Origin: Lama guanicoe
Lineage: Eukaryota
DNA: 64,000 bases
Direction: 5' to 3'
NCBI GenBank assembly: GCA_013239625.1
Contig: MU057351.1
Coordinates: 8,664,625-8,728,624 of the forward strand
Notes under the pieces: generated by a model
The model's input: only the letters and a program-made list of their open reading frames with translations
Told to the model about the DNA's origin: nothing
Database searches by the model: none
Position numbers and translations under genes: made by a program
Part shown: piece after piece, positions 50,330 through 63,839 of the stretch
How the letters are laid out: each line of letters starts with the position of its first letter
Numbering within the stretch: position 1 is the stretch's first letter

Positions 50330-51480
50330 AACCTCAAAATGCACTAAGTAGCTCATGGGATAATGAGGAAACTACAACGGAAATTATGAGACACTTAGAA
50401 GCAAGTGACAATGCAAGTACTACAGAGAAAAATGTACAGAATTCATTTATTTGAAAAGGAAAGTATTTTGAAACTGAGTTTTCTAAAAAGCTAAATGAGT
50501 TAAGCATTTCACTCAAGAAACTAGGCAAGGTAAAACAAATCTGAAGAAAGTTGAAACAAGAAAATAATAAAATTACTAACTCATACTAGTGAAATGAAAA
50601 AACAGAAAAAAATGACCAATGAAATCAAAACCTGATTTGCTGAAAAAACAAATAGAAATAAGACTAACCAATTAAACAAATACAACACAAACATTATTAG
50701 GAATGAAAAAAGACAGATTTATATTTATAAAGCATATTTTAAAACCAAATCAAATTTAGGGACTGATCTGACATAAATATAGAAGCCAAAATCTTAAACA
50801 ATACATTATCTAAATGAGTAAAGTTGTACATAAAATAATATATCATGACCTAATTCTGTTTATGCTGGGAATACAAGAAGAGTTCAATAATGGAAAAATA
50901 TTAAGTATTACTTTCATGAACAGATGACAGGGAAAACCACATGATCATAACAATAGATGCAGAAAGAGTAAAGCATTTCATAAACTTCAACATTTATGAT
51001 CTTTTAAAAATACAAATGTAGATAATTCTTAGACTGTAAATCTTAGCCAATGCAATATATTGGAAATAAAGAAACAAAATGATATGTATTGGCTACCTCT
51101 GTGGTTATTGTGGAATTTTCACTAACAGGAGACTTCACAAAGTGTGCAGGGTACAAGGTCACATCAAAATTATTAAGGTCCTATACACCCATAATAATCA
51201 ACTAGAAAATGTAATAGAAAAAAAATTCCTTTCCATTGTAGAAAACAATAGAAAAAACAAAATCACCATGAAGCCAGGAGTAGAGCTAAGAAAAGATGCA
51301 AAGACTTTTGAAGGAGTAATACTTTAATGAAGAACATAAAAACAGACTTGGATAAAGAAAGATATATTCATGGATGTAAAGGCTTAATATTACAAAGGTG
51401 TCAATTCTCCTCTTAATTTTTAAACGTATACCCACAGGTATTATTTGAATTTCATGAGGATGATATGAAGTCATTTTTTT
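50330..51480 (+). mobile_element. Ancient L1M ORF2 region
   Basis: aatgagttaagcatttcactcaagaaactag, aaccacatgatcataacaatagatgcagaaa, gatatattcatggatgtaaaggcttaatattacaaaggtgtcaattctcc. Confidence 0.85.
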
Positions 51481-53228
51481 TTTAAGCAAACTCAGCCAGC
51501 GAGTCTGTATTAGCCAGATTTCATCAGAATGTCTTACATTTACTTTCTGAGTCCCTATCTGACTTATTCACGTCTACTGGTTCCCAGTTATGACTACTCA
51601 CTCACAGTTCTAATCTAGGCCACCTGGCTCTTGGGATTTTCAGTTTTGATCCTTAGTCACTGGCTTTGACTAGTCCTGAACTCCGGTCTGATCTCCAAGC
51701 CCAGATGGTAATCCCACAGGGAACCAACCCCTGAAGCACTGCTGGTTTGTACTTGCTTAACCCTATTCCATAAAACAGTATGTGACCACGGCCACAGAAT
51801 GACTCCTAATTTGGTTCAATTTCTCTGTTTTACATCCAAAATTTTACGGAAAAAAATTTTAATGCATAAATAAATGCTGCTTACTAGCATGTGTCTCATG
51901 ATGGGCGTGCCACCATCCACAATGTTCTACCCCTGGAAATGGGATTTTCAGGCCAAAATGATGACTCACTGAGGTACCATTTCTAGAAATCTAGTCATTT
52001 GTACCTAGGACACTGGCTACTCTCAGGAAGTAATGAATAAGTTACCAGAAGGGAAGCTAAAGCTTCAAATGAATTGAAGTCTTACGAGATTTTGATGAGT
52101 CAAAGCCATTTGGGGTGGGGGGGTCCCCAAAAGAAAAATAACCTTGGGTAATTTTCAACATGTGAAATTCTGATTCTTTCAGAACAAAAAAGCAACAGTA
52201 CAGTGTCTTTAAAACTTTTGATTAGAAGTCACTTGGATAATTACAATTTATTCTTTAAAAAATAGTTTGTACATATGAAACTTTATATTTACCTGTCAAA
52301 CACTAATTTTACAAAGTAAACAGCTCTAATAATTTGTTTACTTAGAGCTTCACTCTGACTTATTTTTTTGGCACTACTGTATTATATGGGGAAGAAATCA
52401 AATATTGAATAGCATCTTCTTTAAAAGAATTATTTATCAATGATATTTTAATTTTGAAAAACTATTTTAAAAGAATCTTAAATAAAATACTGTATGTCTG
52501 TAAGTTCAAGGAAAACAAGTAAAACAAGATGCAGTTATGAGGGAGATATCTGGGGAGTTAAAAATTTCATTTGTCCTTGATAAAAAAAACAGAGATGAAA
52601 AAGGAGATGTTAGAAAGGAAACAGATTTCATGACGTTTTACATGAGCAAATCAAGATGACAGCTGGATTATGCCTGAGCTGTGTTATCGGTCACACTGAT
52701 GGTTGGTCCACATGCTCTCTTTGTCCATTTTTCTCCAGACCCAGACATATGCTCCAATTCCATGGAGACAATCTCCCTTCTTTTGCTCCCAACTTTCTAG
52801 AACTTGCCTGTTTCAGGTCCTGTTACCTCAGAACTTCCCAATGTTTCAGATATCTAATGAAAATCAATCAAGGCGATTTCTTTTTCCAGCGGACAATGCT
52901 TCTATTTCTCTCACTATCTCAACGCCATGGATGATCAAATGCATCAAGGTTATCTTTATGGCATCCTTTCTACCTTTGAAAGATGATTGTTTTGTCATCC
53001 ACCTAATTTCTGAATTCATAATTTTCAGCTAGTTTAGTGTGAACATGTTCATCTTACCATCAACAGCCATGATCTGCTAAGTAGGACTAACCCTCTGCTA
53101 CTTGGGATCATCTAAGCTTTGTGTGTGGTAAAGATGACCCTGAACACAATGGTCTGAACACACCAGATCCTCGGAACCCTGTTATTTACTTATCAGTGCC
53201 TGTTATGAATTGGAGGGACCAGAGCAAT

Positions 53229-54290
53229 GGTGATGGTTTGTTCGACATGTCAGCTTGGCTGGACCTGGGAGGGTCTCTATTGTCTTCGTCCATTTTTCTC
53301 CAAACTTAACTAGATATAGGCTCCACAGTGCTCCAGGTTTGTGGGGACAGTCTCTCTTCTTTCACTCCCAAGGTACCACAACTTGCCGTCTTTGAGCCCC
53401 ACTCCCAGACACTTGGTTAAAACATCATTCCTGAGGATGTCTGTGAGGGTGTTTCTGGATAAGATGAGAAGTTTTTCAAATAAGGTTTTAACTTCTGAAC
53501 ATAAAACTTTTTACCACATTTCTAGTTAGGTCTTTTTGTGTGACATACTTAGGACCACGTACTTAATAGAGAAGTCCTAACTATATCCATAGGCTGATTT
53601 GGTTTCCACCCTCACTCAATAGAGTGACCCTTGTCCCCCTTCACCATTCCAGTTTGAGGCACTTGGTGTCACATAGAAAGTGTCATTGGCTGGAGAGATG
53701 GGGCTTCTGTTTAAAACTCTCCAGGGCAAAGAAGAAACTGAGAGAGGAAGTCTCCTTCTTCTCAGGGCCCTCCCTGGGTTAGCAGAAGGAAAGAACACAG
53801 AAGTTTCCACGAGGGTCACAGTAGGCTTCCGTATCTCAGACCGGATAGGGAGCCCCAAGGCATTTTTCCTGCCCCACCCCAGTCTCTCTTCAGCCTGGTT
53901 ACTTTCTTGCCCCAAAATGACCCTACAAACTACCCCATCTCTGGACCTTTGACCCTCTCTTTCTGTTCTAAGCAACTTGAGCACAGATTGCTCTTTCCGA
54001 TGTGGGTGGGCCTCATCTAATCCACTGAAGGCTTGAATAGAATAAAAAGCTGAGTAAGAAAGAACTCTGTCTCTCTAACTGTCTTTTAGCTGGGAGATGG
54101 GTCCTCTCCAGCCTCCAAACTCAGATTGGAACTTACACTACTAGCCCTCCTGGTTCTTAGGCCCTTAGACTTGCACTGGAACTTACGTATCAGCTCTCCT
54201 GGGTCTCCAGCCTGCTAATTGCACATCTTTGCCTTCTCAACTACTGTAATCACATGATCCAATTCCTGACAGTAAATCATAGATATCTAA
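53229..54290 (+). mobile_element. MLT2 (ERVL) LTR in three collinear pieces (53229-53265, 53404-53468, 53976-54290)
   Basis: gtgatggtttg...tgtcagcttggctggacc; cccagacacttggttaaaacatcattcctgaggatgtctgtgagggtgtttctggat; cagattgctctttccgatgtgggtgggcctcatctaatccactgaaggcttgaatagaataaaaag. Confidence 0.88.
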
Positions 54291-54461
54291 CAAATATTTA
54301 CAGAGGGCCTACCATGAGCCTGACAGCATTCTAAGCAGTAGGAGATGGAATCGGTGGTCAAATATCTTTCACTGAGGCTAAAGCCTATCTCATACCCACA
54401 TCAACTGAACTGAAGGATGGTTTTATCAGCTAGCTTCCTTTATAACTTCTGGTGAGGGACC

Positions 54462-54950
54462 AGCCATTCATTCATTTGGTCAACAGCCTATGTGTTAAGT
54501 ATCTATTATTAGGTACTCTTCTAGGTGCTGGAGGTACACCAGTGGAAGACAGGGCACAGTTGCTCAGAAATAATTTTCCATGAGTCTCTCACAGTCCCAT
54601 ACATCTTGTGGTCAGCGGAACTGACCACCTTTGTTCTGGGCTATTTTCTCAAGGATGTTTATATAGGGAAGAGGCTTGGAAGATACAGTCTCTTGTTCCA
54701 GAGCGAGGAGGTCTGGTTTTCTTACAGCCTTGGATAAAGTGATAGTGATAGACTTTAGGGATGACTGAGATGGAAAGTTACTACAAAGTTTTCAGTGAAG
54801 CAGTAACATGATTTGATTTGCAGTTTAACAGAATCACACTGGCTTGTGGGTTGAAAATCATTCAAAGGAGCCCAGGGCAGAAGGAGAGAGTGGTGAGACT
54901 GAAAGATAAGGCAGAAAGGAGTATGTAGCTAGAGATAGAGTACTTCCTTG
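54462..54950 (-). mobile_element. L2 fragments flanking an LTR piece
   Basis: cattcattcatttgg...ctaggtgctggaggtacaccagtgg and atggaaagttactacaaagttttcagtgaagcagtaacatgatttgatttgcagtttaacagaatcacactgg. Confidence 0.7.
54561..54745 (+). mobile_element. ERVL-class LTR fragment (MER76-like, from memory)
   Basis: ttccatgagtctctc...actgaccacctttgttctgggctattttctcaaggatgtttatatagggaagaggcttggaagatacag. Confidence 0.55.
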
Positions 54951-55849
54951 AGTGAGAAGGAGAGGTAAAAGACGTGTGTTCTTTGGATAAAGGCATTTCT
55001 CCATTTCATATTTAAAACTCTAAGTGGTACGCTAATTTTCTCAGCAGCATTCTTCTTTAGTTCACTGAGCTATAATTGTATAACCCTAATTAGTGCTAAG
55101 AATCTATTAGGCACTAAAAATTTCCTCTCTAGTTACAGAGGAGCACATGTCCTATATGCGAAATTAAGAAAGAATTAATTTTGATTATGCCAAGTTAGGA
55201 TCAATTAATTGATAACTTGCAATAGGTACTGAGAATTTTAATGTTTTCTGATACATCATAAAGCAAATCAAACTTAGGCTGGGTTTTTTTTTTCCCCAGT
55301 AAGATATGTTAGCACATAAGCTTTTCTATTCAGAGGAAGACTTTATCTATCATTTCAAAAAGCAAAAGTCATAACTAAGGTGAAGATGGCCATGGGTATC
55401 CAAATCAGTGTTTTCCAGGAATCTTTTCCATCTAAGCCAATCATCTCAATATTTCTGAGATTAAAGTCTTATAAATCTTGCAAAGATTTCTAGCTGGTTC
55501 ACTGACGTGATTAACCTCATATCCTCCTATAATATAATAAACCTCATATAAAGACTCAGGGAGGAAAGACAGAACTGGCATGGTGAGGAAGCAATGTAAA
55601 TCCTCAGTGAAGTCGGGAAAGAAGAGAAATCTATTTCTATAGAGTTCATCATCCTCCATCTCTTTCTAGTTTCCTCAGGGAGGTACATTTCCGCATCAGG
55701 CAGCGTCATTCTGGACCACCCACCCAGAGTGCCTTTGTGGCTGAAATCCCCCCAGTGAAAATATTCTATTCCCAACAACTAGACAGCGTCATGAATTCTT
55801 TATAAACCGCTCTGTGAAAAAGCCCCAGGAAACACAAGAGTATTTTAAC

Positions 55850-56170
55850 TATTCATCCACCCATCCTTGGATTAGTGTAACAAATATTTATTGAGCACTC
55901 TCTGCTGGAGGATACAGTGATTTACATAGAAAATGCAGAGATGTCTGAGATATGATTTCTGAAGAGAAAATCTACATGCCAAGAAAGACAGAGCACATTG
56001 TGTGGTAAATTCACTGTTTATATGTGCTACAATCAAGGTTCATACAAAGAACCATGGGAAACGGAAGCCACAGTAAACCCTGCTATGATGGTGGACAAAG
56101 GGCTGAAGACTTGTGCATTTAAGGGTGAGTGGGACTCACTCAGGGAAGGAGGTAAAGGCAGGAGCAAGAT
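55850..56170 (-). mobile_element. L2 3' fragment
   Basis: aacaaatatttattgagcactctctgctggaggatacagtg. Confidence 0.7.
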
Positions 56171-59050
56171 TATTGGAAGACAATTTCCTCTATCAATCTA
56201 GTATATAATGTAGGTGCAAAAACTTTAATATACTCTCCAAGATAGCTGATTCACGTACTGTTATCCAAATCTATGCCAGAAGATGTTAAATGGCATTATT
56301 AGTTAAGAAATAGTCCCTCATTCTTGACTGGTATTTAGGACATGTGGTTGGTTAGAAAGATGTCACAGACCCACATCCCTGGTATGAGGGCAAAGGAAGA
56401 ATCCAGCCCATCGGGCCGAGCATCCCTCCACCTCCTGGGGATTCTGTCTTGACTCAGCTACAAAGTTGTCTTAGTACAACTGCCTACACGAAATCTACAC
56501 GCACACCATCCGCTTTACACAGATGGAGACCGGGCTGTTCTCAGGGAGGGCATGAACTGGGAAAGAGCAGCGGGCTGTCTTCTGGGGAGCAGGGAATGAA
56601 AATATACATCATCTCATTTACAAATAAATAAATAACAGTGGTTACACAAGTATACAGAAAATTATCAAAATGCAACAAATTCTCTTATGATTGTATTTTA
56701 ATTGTATCTTAATAATCATAAAAAGTATGAAAAAATCCTCCTTAAAGTCAACTTTTCATGCATGGTACTAGTCAGAGGGTTTAAGGATAGAGGTTTCCCC
56801 AAGCTGTGAGAACAGAGGCTCTGATAGCGTTTTTGACAACTCACTAATAAATGCAGGAACCTTTGGCAGACTTTGGTCTCAGATTTGCTTTCGTTGTAAC
56901 TAACCATCTGGCCATTAATTCAAAGAGATGGTGGCAGAAAATCAGTACCTACCCCTAACTCCCTGACATTTACCCAGAAACCCTGACATTTGCTAAACAG
57001 CTAAATTGGCTTAGGTAAATTTGCAACCCTGGATAACAGTAATTCTCGTGGTAGAAATCTGAAGTTGAGCTCGAAAGGGAGGGCAGCGCACAGGCAAAGG
57101 CAGGATTTTAAGGGAAATCTGTCTTGTAGCACCTCTCTCACTGCTAGTCAGCCAACTGTGCAGATGTGTGGAGCTCTCTTTGGAACAAGCACCACGGCCC
57201 ACGTATCTCCTGTCCCCACAAGGCCTTACAGTGTCTTGTACTGAATATTTAAACACTTGCAATGAAGGAAGAGTGTATTTATTCAGAAAAGTTTATTTCA
57301 GTTCTGTGTCTATTAATTTGTCAAATCAGAAAGAAAGTTGTAAACCCAAAAGAAGACAAAACAAGAAGGAAGGGGATCCAGGAAAAGTAGTGGAAATGAG
57401 AAAGGGATAAATATTGGACAACAGGAACATTGGAAATTCTACTTCTGTCACTCTCCTATGTCCTCAAGACCCTCTTCTCTCCTCGCAATTCTCTTACCCC
57501 ATAAAACCATGAGATTGATTTGAAAACTACTGTTCTTAAGGAGGCCAATTAAAAAAAACTCATCATAAATGAGACTTAATTTATGCTTATTCAGGTGAAT
57601 ATGTCAGGCTCGATTTTGTTAAAACTCAAAATATCTCAAATGATTTTCAAAAATAATATGATCTAGAACTTAAAAGCAATACCTGTGCTATATTTTAAAT
57701 TTTATATGTATATTTTGAAATTTGATAGTATGTACCTTATTTCTCCAAAAATAACAAAAATATTTTAGCCCTGATTGAGTGCATTTTGCAGTGAATCTGA
57801 TATTTCTGAGGGTATAAATTTTCATCTCCTTACTGACTGAATAAATAGAAAAAATGAGCACACCACTGCAGTCTGGATGCTGCACCATGAATCAAAAGAC
57901 AGCAACCCTAGACAACTAGTTCTCCCTAAAGAATAGGAATTGAAAGGGCAGTAAAGAAATAAATTTTTGTCACATTCATTTTTTAAATGTCAATACACAG
58001 TGAGTTTTGATCACAAGGCCAAGGAGGTGGCGGGGGTAGGGGGGGTGAATATTAATTCTGTTGATCTTTTAACAGACCAGTTATATTTGATGTGAATTTA
58101 CATTTATACTTCCAGACCCATAACACTTCAATGGCCCCTCAAAACATTAGCTTACTGCTGGAACATCTAAGTTTTTTTTGGAAAATTCATATGATACTGG
58201 AATATCCAGTGAGCACCAGGCACACAACATGCCCAACACAAGCTTCACTTCTGTGCAGTCTGTCCTACTACACGATGTACCTCGGGGATTCTGCTTAGAT
58301 ACTCTAGAATGTTATTTAACCTGAAGATAAATAAAACTCTTTAAAAGAGAGTACAGAGGCTGCATTCGGAGGCTCAGGTCTTACTTTGTTCTTGGGTACA
58401 ACTCAACCCACAGAAAGATTATTCACACCCACTCAGAGGTCCCAGCTGCACTCCCACCACCAGGTACGTGCACACCCAAAATGGCCTCTTTGTAAAACAG
58501 GAGGGCCTGGGAAGGAGGAACAGTACGTTCAGTCATTCTGCAACCACTGGGTAAAACATTCACCTTCAGTCCAGGTTTAAGAATGTCAGTACTTATTCTA
58601 TACACTTGGGAAAGCTGGAGTGAATAAAATGCTGTTGAAACAAAGTCGTATTTCAAAGCTTACAATTCTTGATTTAAATTTTTGAGATTTCCTTGTCATG
58701 AAAACTATTAACTTGCTGTTCCAACCTATGTTTGCAGAAGCATTTTGTTGTCAGTTTAGAACATGTTTTTCATGGATAACTGGCCTAATGAGCCTGTACA
58801 AACTGTATTACAATGTTAACACAGAGCTGAAATAAAATAAAAAATATATATTTATGTATTACATATTAGACAAAAATATTCATTCCTTACATGTAAAATT
58901 GTCAAGTACTTTTGTTGCAAAACCTGATCTAAATGGAACCTACTATAGAATTAAATGACTAAATAATACTTACTGAACTCCAAATTAGGACTACCAGACT
59001 ACATGAGCTAAGAAGTATGCAGAAAGACAATGAGATACGATATTTGAAAT

Positions 59051-59268
59051 CAAGGTTTTTCAACCAGACTATTACTAACATTTGGGCCTGCATAATTCTG
59101 TGTTGGAGAGGGCTGTCCTGTGCATTGTAGTACATCTATCGGCACCTCTTGCCTCTCCACCCACAAGATGCCAGTAGGACCAACCCACCCATCTCCAAAG
59201 TGCAACCATCAGAATGTTCTAGACGTTGTCCCCTGTATGAGGTCAAAATCACCCTGTTGAGGCTCCCT
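59051..59268 (-). mobile_element. MER20 (hAT-Charlie)
   Basis: acatttgggcctgcataattctgtgttggagagggctgtcctgtgcattgtag...agatgccagtag...caaaatcaccctgttgag. Confidence 0.9.
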
Positions 59269-59693
59269 TTTTTAAATCAAGACAGTTCCACAAAATCCTG
59301 AACATGTGGTTACTAATCACTTAACCCTAAAAATCAAAAAAACAAAAAATAAAAAACCACAAGTCTTAACATAAAACAATGCCACAGCCACAAGTAACTC
59401 TTTGACTTAAAGATACTAGCCATTGTTAAAGGGCAAGCTGTTGCTTACATGTTTCCCAATATATATGATTTAGGAAACAGAGTCATAGTTATCTACATGA
59501 GTTTTTATTTTTACATAGGTTTCCCTATTGGTCTTTTTCATTTTCTGCATTAATAAACCTGAATGTTTAGAGAAGAGGTATTTTCTCAATTTTCCTCTTC
59601 ACCTTACAGGAAAAATGAAATCTGATTAAATATTGAGTCTCACCCAATTCTCTCAAACCAATATTAATACTGGACTTGGAAAATGCAACTTAC

Positions 59694-60367
59694 TTTTTAA
59701 CTTTATTTTCCATTCAATTTTTTTTGAGGTATAGTAGGTCTAAATGTTGTGCTAATTCTAGTGTACAGCATAATGATTCAGTTATACATGTTATATATAT
59801 ATTCCTTTTCATATTCTTTTTCATTATAGGCTATTACAAGGTATTGAATACAGTCCCCTGTGCTATACAGTAGGACTTTGCTACTTATCTATTTTATATA
59901 TATAGTTTTTAGTATCTGCAAATCCTGAACTCACAATTTATCCCTCCCTCTACCCCTCCACATTTCCCCTGGTAACCATAAGTTTGTTTTCTATGTCTGT
60001 GAGTCTGTTTCTGTTTTATAAATAAGTTCATTTGTCTTATTTTTTCAGATTCCACAAATAAGNNNNNNNNNNNNNNNNNNNNNNNNNNNNNNNNNNNNNN
60101 NNNNNNNNNNNNNNNNNNNNNNNNNNNNNNNNNNNNNNNNNNNNNNNNNNNNNNNNNNNNNNNNNNNNNNNNNNNNNNNNNNNNNNNNNNNNNNNNNNNN
60201 NNNNNNNNNNNNNNNNNNNNNNNNNNNNNNNNNNNNNNNNNNNNNNNNNNNNNNNNNNNNNNNNNNNNNNNNNNNNNNNNNNNNNNNNNNNNNNNNNNNN
60301 NNNNNNNNNNNNNNNNNNNNNNNNNNNNNNNNNNNNTTGGGGTGCATTTACCTTTTCAAATTAGAGT
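59694..60367 (-). mobile_element. 5'-truncated cetartiodactyl-type L1 3' end (contains gap)
   Basis: gtgtacagcataatgattcagttatac...ggctattacaaggtattgaatacagtcccctgtgctatacagtaggac...ggtaaccataagtttgttttctatgtctgtgagtctg. Confidence 0.93.
60063..60336. other. Assembly gap (274 N) inside L1
   Basis: N run. Confidence 0.99.
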
Positions 60368-62429
60368 CAAAAAGTCCAATTTGCATTGTTCCAAATATGA
60401 AAGTAATTTTGTAAAATTTTGCTTTCTGGGACAAAGGACAATTAATCAATACCATATTTTAAGCAAACTACTCTCCTGTATTTTTTTAGTTCAGTTTCCA
60501 GCCTCACAACTTGCCTGTTATTGTTGTCATTTAATCTCTAGATTTCTAACTGATGCCTTTTAAGACCCAGAAGTTCCCTGTTAGCTCTCCCTTCCTTTGC
60601 CCATCAGACTCCAGTGCAGTTTTTTAAAAAGTAACACTGAGGTAGTGGGGGGAAATAATGATAGAAATTTACAAAGAGGAAGATCAATCAAAGAGAATAT
60701 TGAGATTTTTCGTTCCCTGGGAAGGAAAAGTGTTGTGACAGCAGGAGTCAGTCCCAGCAGACTTGGGGACATGAGAAGAAAGTCCCCATCCCACCCTCAC
60801 ATGGCATCCCCTTCCCCCAACCCTCCCACCCCTTGGAGCCTGGCAAAAGTCCCAAGTCCTGAGATTTCCTGAGGCTGGTGAGCTGTAAGCTGGGTGCATT
60901 TTCTCAGCGAGAAGTTCGCTAATAAGAATCCTTTCATAAATGTTTCTTGTGATTTTCTCAAATAGGGAAACTCAGATACTGTCCAGACATTGATGAAGTA
61001 TTCATCACACTGAGCCTGCCTCTTTGCTTAGCAGAGAAAGGAAAGGTTCAAACTCCTTAGTTTACACCACCATGGCTCACCTGCAGGGAAAGACTGACTC
61101 ATTTTCAGTATGTTCTCAGCAGACAGAAGGCCTGAGGCCACAGAATATACAAATCTCCTGTCCTCATGAACTTCTCAACCTACTGCCTCTCATAAGCAAA
61201 GCAAAGTTGCTTCATTTCTGCATCCAATCAACGGAGGACAGTAGCAGTTGTGAACATTCATTTAGTGTCGCCTGTCACAGTACTTGCTAGTAGATGGTGT
61301 GTTTGCTGTTGTCATGCTTTATGAACATAAATCCTGATATATGAAAACTCAGTAGAAATAATAAAAGTGCTAGTAAGAAGAGATATATGTTTTATTAAAA
61401 ATAACATTCAAGATCACAGAATAATTGAAACTGGTGAAAGATGATGATGATTGGGTAAGGGATGAAACATTTGAAATCAGGAATAATTCGGAAAGACAAA
61501 GAGGGTTCACAAACAGCCTGAGAAAAGTACTGTGTCTATGCAATCTTCAAAAATGAGTAAGAGACAAGTGATTACTGGAATTAAAAAGTGTTTCAGCATC
61601 AGTGGCAAATGCCTGTGAGCTCATTGCTAATTCTGGAAACGTCCAGGTGTTTGGATAGTTTTATTGGGAACTTGCAATCACTAGACTTAAATGTGGCCTT
61701 TTGAAACATAATCTGTTCTTTAAACTTTTTTATATTAGATTTGCTACAAACATCTGCAACCCCCTTTCATGTCTTTGACCTGGTAGTTTGAATACAATTT
61801 TATTCTTGAAGAAGGAAAAGAAGAAAGACGTTGTTTGAGGTTTTTTGTTTGTTTGTTTTGTTTTGCTTTGGTAGTCCAAGTGCATTCAGAGTTGAAAAAC
61901 ATAATTGGTAATTATGAGTTAGTTAGCCTACTCCTTGGATTTCCAGATTCCATTAATACTTTGATTACTCCACCAGACATGTAAGCTCAGAACTTCCAAG
62001 TCATTAGAGAAGTGAGTACTTTTCAAAACTATATTTATCTTGTGTTGGCTTAACTTGTCTGGTCTCAATTTCTGTGCACAGGTATTGACATGGTTTACAT
62101 TCAGGTTACTATGTTCTCAACACATATTTCTCTTTAGAGTCAGTATTCTGTGCTTTCTAATCTGGGAACATTAGCTAAAAACAAATTGAGTACATTTGTA
62201 AAATTCTTTCTTTGCAGCTAAATTTCTTCTTTTTCACTTTAATAACTACTGAACCAGTTGCCAAATTATTTAGATTTTTACCTCTGAAATGTCTTTGCAA
62301 CCTTCCCCATCTTGCATTTCAACATTCCTTTCGAGAATTATTTTGCTTGCCCCCTAACTGGGCTTCCACTCCTCTCATCCTGCCCACTTCTTTTCTATGT
62401 TTAAATGTCAGTTTATATTCATACACACA

Positions 62430-62985
62430 GCTCTGATTACACACTGAATTCCTACTAAACTATGTGAAGCCTTTCAATTCTCTAATGACATTAAATATAC
62501 TCTCCTACTCATTTCATGGCTGCTAACAATATAACTGCCACTTCTTCCTCCCTGTCACTCCAGTTTCCACCCCTCAACTCTTTCTGCAGTTTCCCTGTTT
62601 ACCAAATAAATGGAATATCTCCACATATATTATTCTCCTACTAGGAATTTCCTTGATGCCTCTTTCCATCCATCAAAACATTACCCATATTCCCAAATCC
62701 ATCTCAAATGCCTTGTCTATTTTCCCAATTTCTCCCAAGTGGAGGTGACTTCTTTCTGATTTTGAGGTGCCCAGTCCCTACAGAAGCTTCTCTGCATCCT
62801 TTTATGGCATTAACCCTACACACAGCACCTAGTATTCTATAGCATGTGCCTCCCAGCTAGTGCCATATGCTAGACCATCAGCTCATTCAGTGCAGCAATT
62901 AAAATATACTCATCTTTGTGTCTTCTGCAGTGCCTGGTACTTAACGAGCACTTAGTGAATATCTGTACAATTAAGAATGAAAGAA
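62430..62985 (+). mobile_element. L2 3' region
   Basis: catctcaaatgcc...ctagaccatcagctc...ctcatctttgtgtcttctgcagtgcctggtacttaacgagcacttagtgaatatctg. Confidence 0.75.
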
Positions 62986-63669
62986 TAAAAAGTATGCTCA
63001 GGAGCTTGAAGAAGCATGAAAGTATTCATTCAGTAAATATATTTTGAGTATATATATATCACTTGCTAGAAACTCTCCTATAATCCATTTCATTCAGCTC
63101 AGCTTTTCCCAGGTGGAAGAAATTAATATTATGTACTTGCCAATAACAGGCAAAAATAAGCCAATTCTACCTTTAGAATAATCTACAACATAGTTTTCAC
63201 CAACAAATCTAGCAGATATAATTTCTCATAATGTTAAAATATGTAAATAAAATTAAATCTCCCTATGTGTTAATTTAAGCATTTTTTTGCATAAAAATCA
63301 CAGTATACAGATCTAAGTTTTCACTTTCCAAGATATACTTGATTCAAAACAAACCTATAGCTCCCAACTGACAGCTGACAGTTTTGTATGTTCAGTGTTG
63401 GAAAACTCCATAAAATTTGATCTGTTAGTGCTATAACTCTAGGTAATGGTAAATTTACACCAAAGTAACAGTAGGCATGTAGACAGAAATAGATCTTCTT
63501 TGAAAAAAATCATTTTATTGCACTATTTTTTTAATGGAATATGTGTGAATTACTTGAAATTAAGTTATCATGCATCAAAAATCAGTATGGTTGTGCATAT
63601 GTGCCTAAACATACATCTGACTATATGAAAAAATTTTTAAACTAAGCTTGTTAAGGATTGACTGCTACA

Positions 63670-63800
63670 TGAAAATAAAGACTGAGTTGTGAGTTCTAGG
63701 CCTCGCTATTCCCAGCTAAGCTTTATTTACTAGCAGCAAAACCTTAGTCAAATCAATTAACTTTTCCAGACTTAATTTAATGAAGTGAAAAATCGTATAA
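63670..63800 (+). mobile_element. MIR fragment
   Basis: gagttctaggcctc...tttactagcagcaaaaccttagtcaaatcaattaacttttccagacttaattt. Confidence 0.55.
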
Positions 63801-63839
63801 TCAAAATTAGCTTTAAGAGACATCTGCCATCTTAGAAGA

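Noticed and set aside
53616-53984. Overlapping 122-aa (-) and 90-aa (+) ORFs in the MLT2 insert as a retrogene
   Set aside because: No recognisable protein, no poly-A tail and no TSD.
59671-60395. Inverted similarity flanking the L1 at 59.7-60.4 kb (ttggaaaatgcaa vs ttgcattgttccaa) in place of a TSD
   Set aside because: Short, imperfect and AT-rich; cannot be told from chance, and the right boundary is next to an assembly gap.
2131-63628. The many 60-120 aa ORFs in the ORF track as genes
   Set aside because: Lengths are those expected by chance, many start at TTG/GTG, many overlap repeats, and none resembles a known cellular protein; only the L1 and L2 remnants are recognisable.
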